From the NCBI GenBank assembly GCA_029250925.1, contig JAQXEH010000018.1, positions 1,641-65,640 on the forward strand: a DNA stretch of 64,000 bases, given 5' to 3'. Below, piece by piece: positions 36,540 to 47,061 of this stretch; the first letter of the stretch is position 1, and each line of letters starts with the position of its first letter. Below the pieces are notes generated by a model, which worked only from the letters and a program-made list of their open reading frames with translations, searched no databases and was not told where the DNA came from. This DNA comes from Hellea sp. (GTDB taxonomy: Bacteria; Pseudomonadota; Alphaproteobacteria; Caulobacterales; Maricaulaceae). A program made the translations under genes and the position numbers.

Positions 36540-37547
36540 ATGACTGAAATAAATCGTCAGTGGCTTATAAACGGTAATCCGGCAGGAAGAAGTGTTAAAT
36601 TATTAGACTTTAAGCGCTTAGACCAAGAGTTAGTTAAGCTCAAAGACGAGGAGCTGAGAATAAAGGTTGAGTATCTTGAGTTTACTCCCTCCCTTAAGGG
36701 ACAGATGGAAAATCAGCTAGATTATGCAGCCCCAACCACGCATGGGCAAGTAATGCGCGGAAGGGGAATAGGTGAGGTAATAGAGAGCAAAAGTCCAAAA
36801 GTAAAAGTTGGTTCTAAAGTTAAGGCTTACTTAGGTTGGCAAGATTTTGCTACGCTTAAGTCAAGTCAGGTCAATGTGGTTGATAATGATAAATTTTTGC
36901 TAGCCCATCTTGGTCCTTTAGGATCATCAGGAATGACAGCATATTTTGGTTTTCTAAAAGCTGGAAAACCTCATGAGGGGAATACAGTATTAATATCTGG
37001 AGCGGCCGGAGCAGTAGGGTCAATGGTAGGACAAATTGCTAAAATCAAGGGCTGTTATGTCGTTGGAACGGCTGGAACAGACGAAAAGTGTAATTGGTTA
37101 ATAAAAAAAGCTAAAATTGATGCCGCAATCAACTATAAAACTGTTGATCTTACTGATAAAATATCAAGAAATTGTCCTGATGGAGCAAACATTATTTTTG
37201 ATAATGTAGGTGGAGAATTTCTGAATTCAGCCTTAGAGTTAAAAAATTTGGCAATAGGGGCGAGAGTTGTTCTATGCGGAGCTATTTCTAGATATGAGAC
37301 ATTTCCATACCCTCCGGGTCCAACAAATTATTTTAATTTGATATTAAGAAGAGCAAATATGCAAGGCATACTGTCTCCAGATTATGCATCGGAGTTTCCA
37401 CAGGCAGTTGAAGACATAAAAGGCTGGATAGATGATGGAAAATTTATATATAGAGAAGATATACAAAATGGTTTCGAAAATATTCCCTCAGCTTTTTTGA
37501 GACTTTTTTCAGGTCAAAATAAAGGCAAGCAACTTATTAAACTTTAA
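36540..37547 (+). CDS. NADP-dependent oxidoreductase, MDR family (YncB/PTGR1-like), copy 3
   Basis: VLISGAAGAVGSMVGQIAKIKGC, FDNVGGE and GQNKGKQLIKL motifs. The track starts at GTG 36528, but ATG 36540 has AGGGTGG about 9 nt upstream. Confidence 0.85.
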   Translation: MTEINRQWLINGNPAGRSVKLLDFKRLDQELVKLKDEELRIKVEYLEFTPSLKGQMENQLDYAAPTTHGQVMRGRGIGEVIESKSPKVKVGSKVKAYLGWQDFATLKSSQVNVVDNDKFLLAHLGPLGSSGMTAYFGFLKAGKPHEGNTVLISGAAGAVGSMVGQIAKIKGCYVVGTAGTDEKCNWLIKKAKIDAAINYKTVDLTDKISRNCPDGANIIFDNVGGEFLNSALELKNLAIGARVVLCGAISRYETFPYPPGPTNYFNLILRRANMQGILSPDYASEFPQAVEDIKGWIDDGKFIYREDIQNGFENIPSAFLRLFSGQNKGKQLIKL

Positions 37548-38950
37548 AGCTCTAATTTAGCATTTGGAATGGCCTCTTGGGCACGGCCAGTTTCTATAAA
37601 CCGGTCAATAAACTGATGCATATATCTAATACGAGACTCTGTATATTTACTGAAGTTAAGTTTTCCTGACTTTAAAGACTTCATACCTGTTTGAATATGA
37701 GGAATATTTCCGAAATCTTGATCAAGTACAATCTTCAAAGATGATGGCCCTTGTTTGCAAGATGAAACCTTATCATCATACCCCAATATAACTTTTCTTG
37801 CGGGCTCTGGCTTTTTTTCTCCTAAAGGAATTGGCGACATCATAATTATATCCATTATTGAGCCTTCAGGGTTTCCGGGCTCAGGCCGCCAGCGGTATAC
37901 AAGTTTTGAGCCATATCCCGCCCAAAATGTCATATGGGGGAAAATTCCGTATAAGATATAATCAAGTAATTCAGAATCCTTAGCCTCAGAGTAATCCTTT
38001 CCAGTGGTAGCTTTTAATCTTTCGCGCGCATGTTTACCCAAAAATGTACGAGCCCTGAATTCATCAGGAAGAACATCCAACTCTACCCCATCAACCCTTG
38101 CATCACCTCTTTTTTTCATTAATGCTAACTTCTCTTGTTCGCTAGGTTGTGGATCCATAGCAGGGGAAGCTGTTGCGCCTGCAGATATTTGTCTTGAAAT
38201 ATACGCATTCGGGAAATCATATTGTGAGTTAATATCTCCGATTGCCGGCACTAATTGGGGGTGAGTAGTTTGTGAATGATGGCTTTCCATAAAAGGTTCA
38301 GCTAAAGTCTTCCAATTAGCTTTAACGTGTTTTTCAAACCAAAACTCTCTATATCTATTTTCCCAGTCAAATGGCTCCAAGTCTTGAATCATTGGTTCAG
38401 CTATACAATGAAAATCGGGAGCATTCTCATCCATATTGATGAAAATAAAACCAGCCCACATAGCAACTTTAACAGAAGGTAAATTTGAATTTTCCTTATT
38501 CCATTGAGGCATATCCCAGGCTATGGGATTCCGGACTACTTTACCGCCCAAGGACCAGGTAATTGCATGAAAAGGGCATTCAAATTCTGATTTCCGGCAA
38601 TGACCTGTAATCAATTTTCTACCTCTGTGAAGACAAGCATTATGATATGCTTTAACTCCATCAGCAGTATTCACTATTATAAATGACTTGTCAGCAATCT
38701 CATAATGAAAGCAGTCACCCTCGTTGGGGATGTCTTCAATTTGACATGCCATTTGCCAAACTCGGTTCCATAAATATTGATTTTCTAGTTCATAAAACTC
38801 TTGAGTCCAGTATCTGTTAGCATCAATACCTTCTATTCCTGTGTCAACACTTGCTGCTGGCTCAAGAAACTTTGGCGAACCCGTGGCGTCTTTAGAAATA
38901 ATATCCTGATAAGATTTTTCAGGTTTTGAACTTAGTTTATTTTTACTCAT
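37544..38950 (-). CDS. Rieske [2Fe-2S] non-haem-iron oxygenase, alpha subunit
   Basis: CLHRGRKL...(16)...CPFHAITW Rieske motif. ESHHSQTTH iron-binding motif. 468 aa. Confidence 0.85.
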   Translation of the reverse strand: MSKNKLSSKPEKSYQDIISKDATGSPKFLEPAASVDTGIEGIDANRYWTQEFYELENQYLWNRVWQMACQIEDIPNEGDCFHYEIADKSFIIVNTADGVKAYHNACLHRGRKLITGHCRKSEFECPFHAITWSLGGKVVRNPIAWDMPQWNKENSNLPSVKVAMWAGFIFINMDENAPDFHCIAEPMIQDLEPFDWENRYREFWFEKHVKANWKTLAEPFMESHHSQTTHPQLVPAIGDINSQYDFPNAYISRQISAGATASPAMDPQPSEQEKLALMKKRGDARVDGVELDVLPDEFRARTFLGKHARERLKATTGKDYSEAKDSELLDYILYGIFPHMTFWAGYGSKLVYRWRPEPGNPEGSIMDIIMMSPIPLGEKKPEPARKVILGYDDKVSSCKQGPSSLKIVLDQDFGNIPHIQTGMKSLKSGKLNFSKYTESRIRYMHQFIDRFIETGRAQEAIPNAKLEL

Positions 38951-39061
38951 ACGCTATACTTGCTCCATTATTGAATATATTACTCCCACCAAAAAGAATA
39001 GGTGTTTTATTAAAAAATGCTGATGTAATAAACTACCATAGTTATTTTACAGGGACAAATC

Positions 39062-39820
39062 ATGGAATTAGGTTTAAAAGGAAAAAAAGTAATACTTACA
39101 GGGGGAAGTAGAGGCTTAGGTAGAGCCGCGCTTGAACTCTACGCCTCCGAAGGAGCAGATATTGCTTTTTTTTCAAGAAATCCCGAGGGAGTACAAGAAG
39201 CAAAAGAAAGTCTAGAAAAACATGGGGGTAAAGTTTTTGCTGAGCCCTTTGAAGTAAAAGACATGGATAGTTATTCCGCTTGGCTAGAAAAGGCAGCGGG
39301 AGAACTCGGAGGTTGCGATATATTCGTCCATAATATTAGTTCTTCCGGCGCAGGTGGATCAGGGGATTGGGATATGACCTTCAATCTCGACATAAAAGCA
39401 GCCGTGACTTCAGTCACAGCTTTGGAACCTTTTCTTGAAAAGTCACAGGACGGTTCCGTAATTTTTATGGCTTCAACTGCAGCAATTGAGACATTCATAA
39501 GGCCTCAAGCCTTTAATGCCTTAAAAGCAGCGCTGATTACTTATGGGAAGCAACTTTCACAATCTTTGGGGCCGAAGGGAATAAGAGTGAATATGATATC
39601 CCCAGGGCCAATAGTTTTTCCGGGAGGAAACTGGTCTAAGGTCAAAGAAGCAAAACCAGACTTTTATGATATGACTGAAGCTCAAATGGTTCTTGGGCGT
39701 TTTGGTACTCCGGATGATGTTGCTAAGACAGTTGTATTTATTTCAAGTCCAGCTTCAAATTATACAACAGGGACTAATGTGATTATTGATGGTGGTTATA
39801 CGAAACGCGTTCAGTTTTAA
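39062..39820 (+). CDS. SDR-family protein with catalytic Tyr replaced by Phe (FNALK)
   Basis: TGGSRGLG cofactor motif. Paralog of 4851-5615 with the same C-terminus DGGYTKRVQF. Codon TTT sits at the Y-x3-K tyrosine position (39511-39513 region: gcc ttt aat gcc tta aaa). Confidence 0.85.
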   Translation: MELGLKGKKVILTGGSRGLGRAALELYASEGADIAFFSRNPEGVQEAKESLEKHGGKVFAEPFEVKDMDSYSAWLEKAAGELGGCDIFVHNISSSGAGGSGDWDMTFNLDIKAAVTSVTALEPFLEKSQDGSVIFMASTAAIETFIRPQAFNALKAALITYGKQLSQSLGPKGIRVNMISPGPIVFPGGNWSKVKEAKPDFYDMTEAQMVLGRFGTPDDVAKTVVFISSPASNYTTGTNVIIDGGYTKRVQF

Positions 39821-39828
39821 CTTTTGTC

Positions 39829-41391
39829 GTGACAAGACTGGAACAATCAACATCAATTGGAGATATAAGCCGTTTCCAAGCGATTCATAGAGCTGAAAAC
39901 ACAGCACTCATATTTAATGATGAGCATTTGAGTTATAAAGCATTAGACACATTAGCTTCGCAATCAGCAAATGGGTTAATGGCTGCCGGCGTGAAGAAAA
40001 ATGATCGTATTTGTTATTTAGGTACTAACTCAGCTCATTATTTCGAGTTAATTTTTGCTGCATCAAAAATTGCAGCTGTTATGTGTCCCATAAATTGGCG
40101 ACTCTCAACAACTGAGATTTTATATATTTTGGAAGATACGGAAGCTAAAATAATATTTATAACAAACGAATTTTCAGAAACAGTTAATAAAGTACTCGCA
40201 AAAACATCTAGAAATATAACTGTAGTCAATATTGATAACTACAGTGATTGGAGAAAGAAAAACAAAGCATCGGACCCAAAAGTTGAATGCGGTTTAAAAG
40301 ATGACGTTATTCAACTTTATACTTCGGGAACTACTGGTTACCCGAAAGGGGTAAGACTATCAAACCAATCACTACTACTTACGAGAGAGCGCGAGTCAAA
40401 AAAATCAAGTCCTGAATGGAGCAGGTGGCATCATAATGATGTAAGCTTAATTTCTATGCCCTGTTTCCATATGGGAGGAACAAATTATGGACTTTCAACA
40501 CTGTATGCCGGTGCCACTGGGGTAATTACGTCTCAGTTTGACCCCTTAAACCAAATTAATTTTATAAAAAAATATGGTATTACAAAGCAGTTTATAGTTC
40601 CTACTGCGTTACGCATTATGCTTAAAGAACAATCTTTAAGTAATACTGAGTTAGAATCTCTAAAATACATATCCTATGGCTCATCCCCAATCCCATTGGA
40701 CTTAATGGAATCCGCAATAGAAAAATTTGGATGTAAATTTATACAAAAATATGGCATGACCGAAACTGGCGGCAGCTGTACGGCTTTAGCGCCAGAGGAC
40801 CATACAATTCCACCTAATCCACGAATGAATTCTGTAGGAAAGCCATTGAATGGGGTAAGATTAAAAATAATTAATCCGAGTGGCTTGGAGCAAAAAATCG
40901 GTGATAAAGGTGAAATAGTTATTCAAAGTACCGGAAATATGAATGGTTATTGGAAGAACATTCAAGAAACTAAAAAATCAATACTTGATGGTAATTGGTT
41001 CAAGACTGGTGATGTTGGATATTTGGATCAAGAAGGTTATTTGTATATACTTGATAGAGTTAAAGACATGATATTAAGCGGTGGAGAAAATATTTATTCC
41101 GCTGAGGTTGAAAGAGCACTGAAGCAAAACCCTACAATAGATCAGGTTGCCGTAATAGGTGTTCCGGATAAGAAATGGGGAGAATCGGTGAAAGCATGTA
41201 TAGTATTAAAACCAAACACAATTAAAAATGAAACTAAAATCATATCTGAATGTAAAAAAATACTGGCAAGTTACAAGTGCCCAAAAAGTATAGATTTTCT
41301 GACGGAGCTTCCTAGAAGCACGAGTGGAAAAGTATTAAAAAGGCAATTAAGGAAGCCATATTGGGTGGCTAGCAACAAGCAGGTAAATTAA
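39829..41391 (+). CDS. AMP-dependent acyl-CoA synthetase/ligase
   Basis: YTSGTTGYPKGV AMP-binding motif, GYLDQEGYLYILDR, and C-terminal SGKVLKRQL. GTG start 8 nt after the SDR stop. Confidence 0.9.
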   Translation: MTRLEQSTSIGDISRFQAIHRAENTALIFNDEHLSYKALDTLASQSANGLMAAGVKKNDRICYLGTNSAHYFELIFAASKIAAVMCPINWRLSTTEILYILEDTEAKIIFITNEFSETVNKVLAKTSRNITVVNIDNYSDWRKKNKASDPKVECGLKDDVIQLYTSGTTGYPKGVRLSNQSLLLTRERESKKSSPEWSRWHHNDVSLISMPCFHMGGTNYGLSTLYAGATGVITSQFDPLNQINFIKKYGITKQFIVPTALRIMLKEQSLSNTELESLKYISYGSSPIPLDLMESAIEKFGCKFIQKYGMTETGGSCTALAPEDHTIPPNPRMNSVGKPLNGVRLKIINPSGLEQKIGDKGEIVIQSTGNMNGYWKNIQETKKSILDGNWFKTGDVGYLDQEGYLYILDRVKDMILSGGENIYSAEVERALKQNPTIDQVAVIGVPDKKWGESVKACIVLKPNTIKNETKIISECKKILASYKCPKSIDFLTELPRSTSGKVLKRQLRKPYWVASNKQVN

Positions 41392-41474
41392 CTTTATAGG
41401 CTAGACTTTTTATCAGTATTTATCATGGAAAAAACACTTAAATTTAATTTAACAGCACATAAGGCGACAAAACA

Positions 41475-41819
41475 ATGAGTACAAACTGGACCGAGAAATT
41501 ACAGAATTTAAAAAAAACTACTGGAGCACTAGCTTCTAGCTCACCGGAAACCATGAAAATGTTTGGGGGTTTGGCATTAACTGTTACCAAAGACGGAGCT
41601 TTATCTAAAAAGAACAAAGAGCTAATGGCAATAGCAATATCAATATGTATCCGCTGTGAAGATTGTATTGCTTACCACATGCAAAATGCCATTAAAGCTC
41701 AGGCATCACGAGAAGAAGTTATTGAGTCAATTAATGTTGCCATAGAGATGGGAGGCGGTCCATCCACTGTTTATGGAGGTAAAGCTATTGCTGCATATGA
41801 AGAATTTACTCGTAGCTAA
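41475..41819 (+). CDS. Carboxymuconolactone decarboxylase (AhpD-like) family protein
   Basis: 114 aa. CEDCIAYH is the C-x2-C-x3-H AhpD-core motif. Confidence 0.7.
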   Translation: MSTNWTEKLQNLKKTTGALASSSPETMKMFGGLALTVTKDGALSKKNKELMAIAISICIRCEDCIAYHMQNAIKAQASREEVIESINVAIEMGGGPSTVYGGKAIAAYEEFTRS

Positions 41820-41843
41820 CAAATATATGGGTTTATTTTTCTT

Positions 41844-43115
41844 ATGAGTGGCAAGAGTCCTAAAGATAAAACTACTGCTGATACTTTATCAGATTTGAAT
41901 ATCTATGATCCCAATTTTAGTATTAATCCCTTTTCCACATATGAAGAACTACACTTAAATAATCCGATTATATACTTAAATAATTCTGATTCTTGGCTGG
42001 TTACAAGTGCTGATTTAATCACTGAGATATGTAGCCAACCACATTTATTTTCTAATGATATTTCAGTATTACTAGCTGGTCTTCATTCTGAAAAACCTAA
42101 AGTGAGAAAAATACTTGAACAAGGACTTCCACAAGTACCTGTACTTCTTATGTCAGACCCACCTGATCACAGCCGGTTCAGAAGACTCGTTGGGATGGCT
42201 TTCAGTGGCCCAAGAATAAACATTATCGAGTCTGAAATACGTAAAATTTCCAGTAACCTTTTAGATAATTTAAAAGCTAATAAATCTTGGGACTTTATTT
42301 CGGAATATGCAATCCCAATGCCTGTTAATGTAATAGGAGGACAATTAGGTTTGAGCCAAAATGACATAAAAAAAATAAGACCCTGGTCTGATGCTTTTAC
42401 CGATCGTTTAAGCGGTATGATTGATGAAGAACGTGAAGAGGCATGCGCTCATGCCGTAGTAGACTTTCAAAAAACTATGGAACATCAAATTACATTGCGC
42501 CGGAATTATAAGTATAATGACTTACTAGGCGATTTAGTGTCAGCAAGCTCAGATGGTGATAAGCCTCTTTCAAATGCGGAAATTGTATCTGTCATACAGC
42601 AGATTATGGTTGCGGGAAATGAAACCTCTACTAGCGCAATGGCAGAGGGTATTAAGCTATTGATAGAAAATCCAACTCAGATGAAATTATTGAGACAAGA
42701 CACCTCTTTGTTAAAAAATACGGTTGAAGAAATATTAAGATTAGCAAGTCCAGTTGCTGGAAGCTGGAGAATAGCAACTCGTAATATAACTATTTTAGGA
42801 AAAAATATCAAAAAAGGTGATAAAGTAATGCTTCGCTTTGCGGCTGGAAGTAGGGACTCAGAAATGTTCAATCAACCAAATAAAATGGATATTACCCGTC
42901 AAAACTCCAAGACGCATTATGCATTTGGCCGAGGCATCCACACTTGTGTTGGTAACATGCTAGCACGTAGGGAAATCAGTATTTGCCTTGAACACATGAT
43001 TAATAAATTTGAAACAATTGAACTAGCTGATTACGATAAAGCACACGCTTATAATCCTAATGTTATGCTGAGAGGTCTAAAAGTTTTAAATATAGAAACT
43101 AAAGTTAAAAATTAA
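41844..43115 (+). CDS. Cytochrome P450
   Basis: Haem-ligand loop FGRGIHTCVGNMLAR, I-helix AGNETS, and EILRL (ExxR). Confidence 0.95.
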   Translation: MSGKSPKDKTTADTLSDLNIYDPNFSINPFSTYEELHLNNPIIYLNNSDSWLVTSADLITEICSQPHLFSNDISVLLAGLHSEKPKVRKILEQGLPQVPVLLMSDPPDHSRFRRLVGMAFSGPRINIIESEIRKISSNLLDNLKANKSWDFISEYAIPMPVNVIGGQLGLSQNDIKKIRPWSDAFTDRLSGMIDEEREEACAHAVVDFQKTMEHQITLRRNYKYNDLLGDLVSASSDGDKPLSNAEIVSVIQQIMVAGNETSTSAMAEGIKLLIENPTQMKLLRQDTSLLKNTVEEILRLASPVAGSWRIATRNITILGKNIKKGDKVMLRFAAGSRDSEMFNQPNKMDITRQNSKTHYAFGRGIHTCVGNMLARREISICLEHMINKFETIELADYDKAHAYNPNVMLRGLKVLNIETKVKN

Positions 43116-43623
43116 AGTTACCAATATCATTCCAATCTGACAGTCTATCAGGCCAGCTATCAAGCTCATTATGCAAAGCAGAAAATAATAAGCCCCTGCC
43201 CTCAAAATTTTCAAAGTTATGAATATGATCATCTATAAGGTAATCAGCAGAAATTATACTTTTATCACCGCAAAAGACTATTCTTTTAGGCTCGAAGAAA
43301 GGCAGGTATTTTTTAATCCATTCGTATTTGGCTCCAAAAGAATTGGGCACGAACATTGCTGCTGTGGTTATGAAAACTTCATGATTCCTCTGTAATAATT
43401 CAAGCGTTTCAATTGAAGATTCTAAAGGCTTTAAATTAAAGAAAAACTCTGCTGTTTCCAGCCTTGCTGAAAGAGCAGCATATTGGTCGGCGTTCAAAAC
43501 ATCTCTAAATCTTTGTCCAGGCGTCATAGATGGCTTGACAGAATAAGATCTCTCCAACCAATCGAGTAAACCATTATGTGCATCAGCTATAACGTGATCC
43601 ATATCAATTGCTATTCTTGCCAT
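43105..43623 (-). CDS. 5'(3')-deoxyribonucleotidase (NT5C/HAD family)
   Basis: N-terminal IAIDMDHVIAD (DxD HAD motif I). 172 aa, typical of the NT5C type. Confidence 0.7.
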   Translation of the reverse strand: MARIAIDMDHVIADAHNGLLDWLERSYSVKPSMTPGQRFRDVLNADQYAALSARLETAEFFFNLKPLESSIETLELLQRNHEVFITTAAMFVPNSFGAKYEWIKKYLPFFEPKRIVFCGDKSIISADYLIDDHIHNFENFEGRGLLFSALHNELDSWPDRLSDWNDIGNFNF

Positions 43624-43808
43624 TATATTTTCCTAATTTTAGTATGCTTAAAAATAAATTTAAATGAAAATCATACCTTTTAAGGTTTACGATTTATTAT
43701 TATAATTGTTTTTTTATATAATGCATGTAGAGTGTAAAGATATTATCAAAAGGAATAGTCATTAATAATTGGCAAAAATTTATATGGGTCTCTGAAAGAT
43801 CGATTTTA

Positions 43809-44162
43809 ATGATAATAGCAGTTGCAACATTATATGCCACTGGGATAGAAATTTTCAGGCTTATCCAATCTCAAGTTGTCAATCTAAGTGATCTGTTCTT
43901 ACTCTTTATCTACGCGGAAGTTCTTGGAATGGTGGGCTCGTTTTATGCAAGTAGTAGGCTACCCGTAACCCTACCTATAATCATAGCCATGACGGCATTA
44001 ACTAGAATGATTATATTGCAAAGCAAAGAAATTGATGCCGTTAATATTATATATGAAGCTTCAGGAATACTCATATTAGCTGCCGCTGCTTATATCATGA
44101 CTCTTAAAGATAAACTTAGCCTAGAGAAACTTCAGTACAGAAAAGATTCTGCCAATAAATGA
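43809..44162 (+). CDS. PsiE-like (phosphate-starvation-inducible) membrane protein
   Basis: Four hydrophobic segments. The LFLLFIYAEVLGMV...LPVTLPIIIAMTALTRMIIL pattern parallels E. coli PsiE (FLYFEFIALIV...YIGITAIVRLIIV). Confidence 0.55.
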   Translation: MIIAVATLYATGIEIFRLIQSQVVNLSDLFLLFIYAEVLGMVGSFYASSRLPVTLPIIIAMTALTRMIILQSKEIDAVNIIYEASGILILAAAAYIMTLKDKLSLEKLQYRKDSANK

Positions 44163-44209
44163 TTGCCTGTTATTAAACAAAACTCCTAATGAATAACGCC
44201 CTGACATAA

Positions 44210-45397
<1,188 letters not shown>

Positions 45398-45419
45398 ACT
45401 ATATAAAATTTTTAAAACT

Positions 45420-46475
45420 TTATTTCATTGATATTTTAAAAGCTTTTAACATTACTGTTGGTAAAGCATAACTACCTATATCATTTATATCTGCCCAAAC
45501 TCCTTGATTATCATCTAGTTTTCCTTGAGATCTGTAAACCTCAAGTTCTAATTTAAAGTGACTAAATGTATGGGAAACTATCTCAGGACATTTTTCCCAA
45601 TTTTTTACAGCAGGTGCATTGTTTATTGATTGGGGTTTATTTTCACTCCATAAAGTGCCTGGAAACTCCATCATGCCACCCAGTAATCCACTGTCAGGTC
45701 GTTGCCTTAAGAATACTGAGTCATCGTTAATTAAAATAAAAACAGCACCATATCTGATTGGTAATTTCTTTTTTTTTATTTTCTTAGGATATTGGATTTG
45801 TGATCCATCTTTTTGAGCTGCGCATGCACTTAGCCAGGGACAATCAGAACATTTAGGGGATTTGGGAGTGCAAATAACTGAACCTAAATCCATCAAGGCC
45901 TGTCCATAATCGCCTGGTCTATCAATAGAAGCTAAATCTCCTGCTTTGATTCGATAAATATTGCGATATTTAGGCAATGGATCTTCAATTTTGAAAATTC
46001 GGCTGATTACCCTCTCAACATTACTATCAACTATGTTCGTAGGCTCATCAAAGCAAATAGCAGCTATTGCTGCTGCCGCATATGGTCCTATACCTGGTAA
46101 TTTTAATAATTCAGATTCATGTTTTGGAAAAAAACCACCATACTGATCTCTTATTAATTGGGCGCATTTATGTAAGTTCCTTGCCCTAGCATAATAACCA
46201 AGGCCGGACCACATTGCCATTATTCTTTCTCGATTTGAATTAGCTAAATCATTCACAGTTGGAAATTTAGAAATAAATCTTTCCCAATATGGGGTTGCAT
46301 GAGCAATTGTTGTTTGCTGTAACATAATTTCAGAAAGCCACACTGAATACGGGTCTGCTTGTTTACCCGCAAGTTTATCCTGAGGCCTTAAACGCCACGG
46401 CAATGTGCGCGCATTGAGGTCATACCAAGCAAGCAATTTACTTTGCATTTTGAGAACTTTTTTATTTTTTTTCAT
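45420..46475 (-). CDS. mutY: A/G-specific adenine DNA glycosylase
   Basis: LPWR..DPY.VW.SEIMLQQT HhH-GPD region, 4Cys cluster (C..C..C..C: CTPKSPKCSDCPWLSAC), and a C-terminal NUDIX-like domain. Confidence 0.9.
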   Translation of the reverse strand: MKKNKKVLKMQSKLLAWYDLNARTLPWRLRPQDKLAGKQADPYSVWLSEIMLQQTTIAHATPYWERFISKFPTVNDLANSNRERIMAMWSGLGYYARARNLHKCAQLIRDQYGGFFPKHESELLKLPGIGPYAAAAIAAICFDEPTNIVDSNVERVISRIFKIEDPLPKYRNIYRIKAGDLASIDRPGDYGQALMDLGSVICTPKSPKCSDCPWLSACAAQKDGSQIQYPKKIKKKKLPIRYGAVFILINDDSVFLRQRPDSGLLGGMMEFPGTLWSENKPQSINNAPAVKNWEKCPEIVSHTFSHFKLELEVYRSQGKLDDNQGVWADINDIGSYALPTVMLKAFKISMK

Positions 46476-46530
46476 GCTTTTAACAAACTGAACACTTTAC
46501 GTTATCAGTGCAATAGGCCAAATAAGGTAT

Positions 46531-47061
46531 GTGGATAATTCATTCAGAAAAAAACAAAGTATTAGTGATTGGCTCAATCAAAAAAGAGGCAAGGCTCAAT
46601 ATAGACCTGCCCCCACAGCTGCGGTTGCAGTAAGTAAGGTAATAAAACCATTTTCAAAGAAATTTGGTAAGGGAGGGTCATCTGCGTCAACACTTACAAG
46701 ATATTGGCCTGAAATCGTTGGGGAAAGATGGGCAAAAATTTCGAAACCTGTTAAATTTACTGGAAATCATAACAGAAGAACACTGGTAATTTCAGCACCC
46801 GGCGCAGCAGCAACATTAATAACATCTGCAAATCAAACTATAATTGAAAGGCTAAATGCTCACTTCGGTGAAAAATATATTCATAAAATACGGGTATTAC
46901 AAACAAAATTAATAAAATCTGATAAACAAACATCCATACCAAAACGGGGATTGACACCAAACGAAGAATACAAATTAGTTGAAGGCCTTAAAAATATACA
47001 AAGCAATGAGTTAAAGTTAGCCTTGGAAAAGCTAGGAAGAGGAGTAATATCAGATGATTAA
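46531..47061 (+). CDS. DUF721 domain protein (DciA-like)
   Basis: YWPEIVGERWAKISKPVKF...RTLVISAPGAAATLI...IIERLNAHFG fits the DUF721 pattern. GTG start with AAGG upstream. Divergent from mutY, as is common in Alphaproteobacteria. Confidence 0.65.
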   Translation: MDNSFRKKQSISDWLNQKRGKAQYRPAPTAAVAVSKVIKPFSKKFGKGGSSASTLTRYWPEIVGERWAKISKPVKFTGNHNRRTLVISAPGAAATLITSANQTIIERLNAHFGEKYIHKIRVLQTKLIKSDKQTSIPKRGLTPNEEYKLVEGLKNIQSNELKLALEKLGRGVISDD

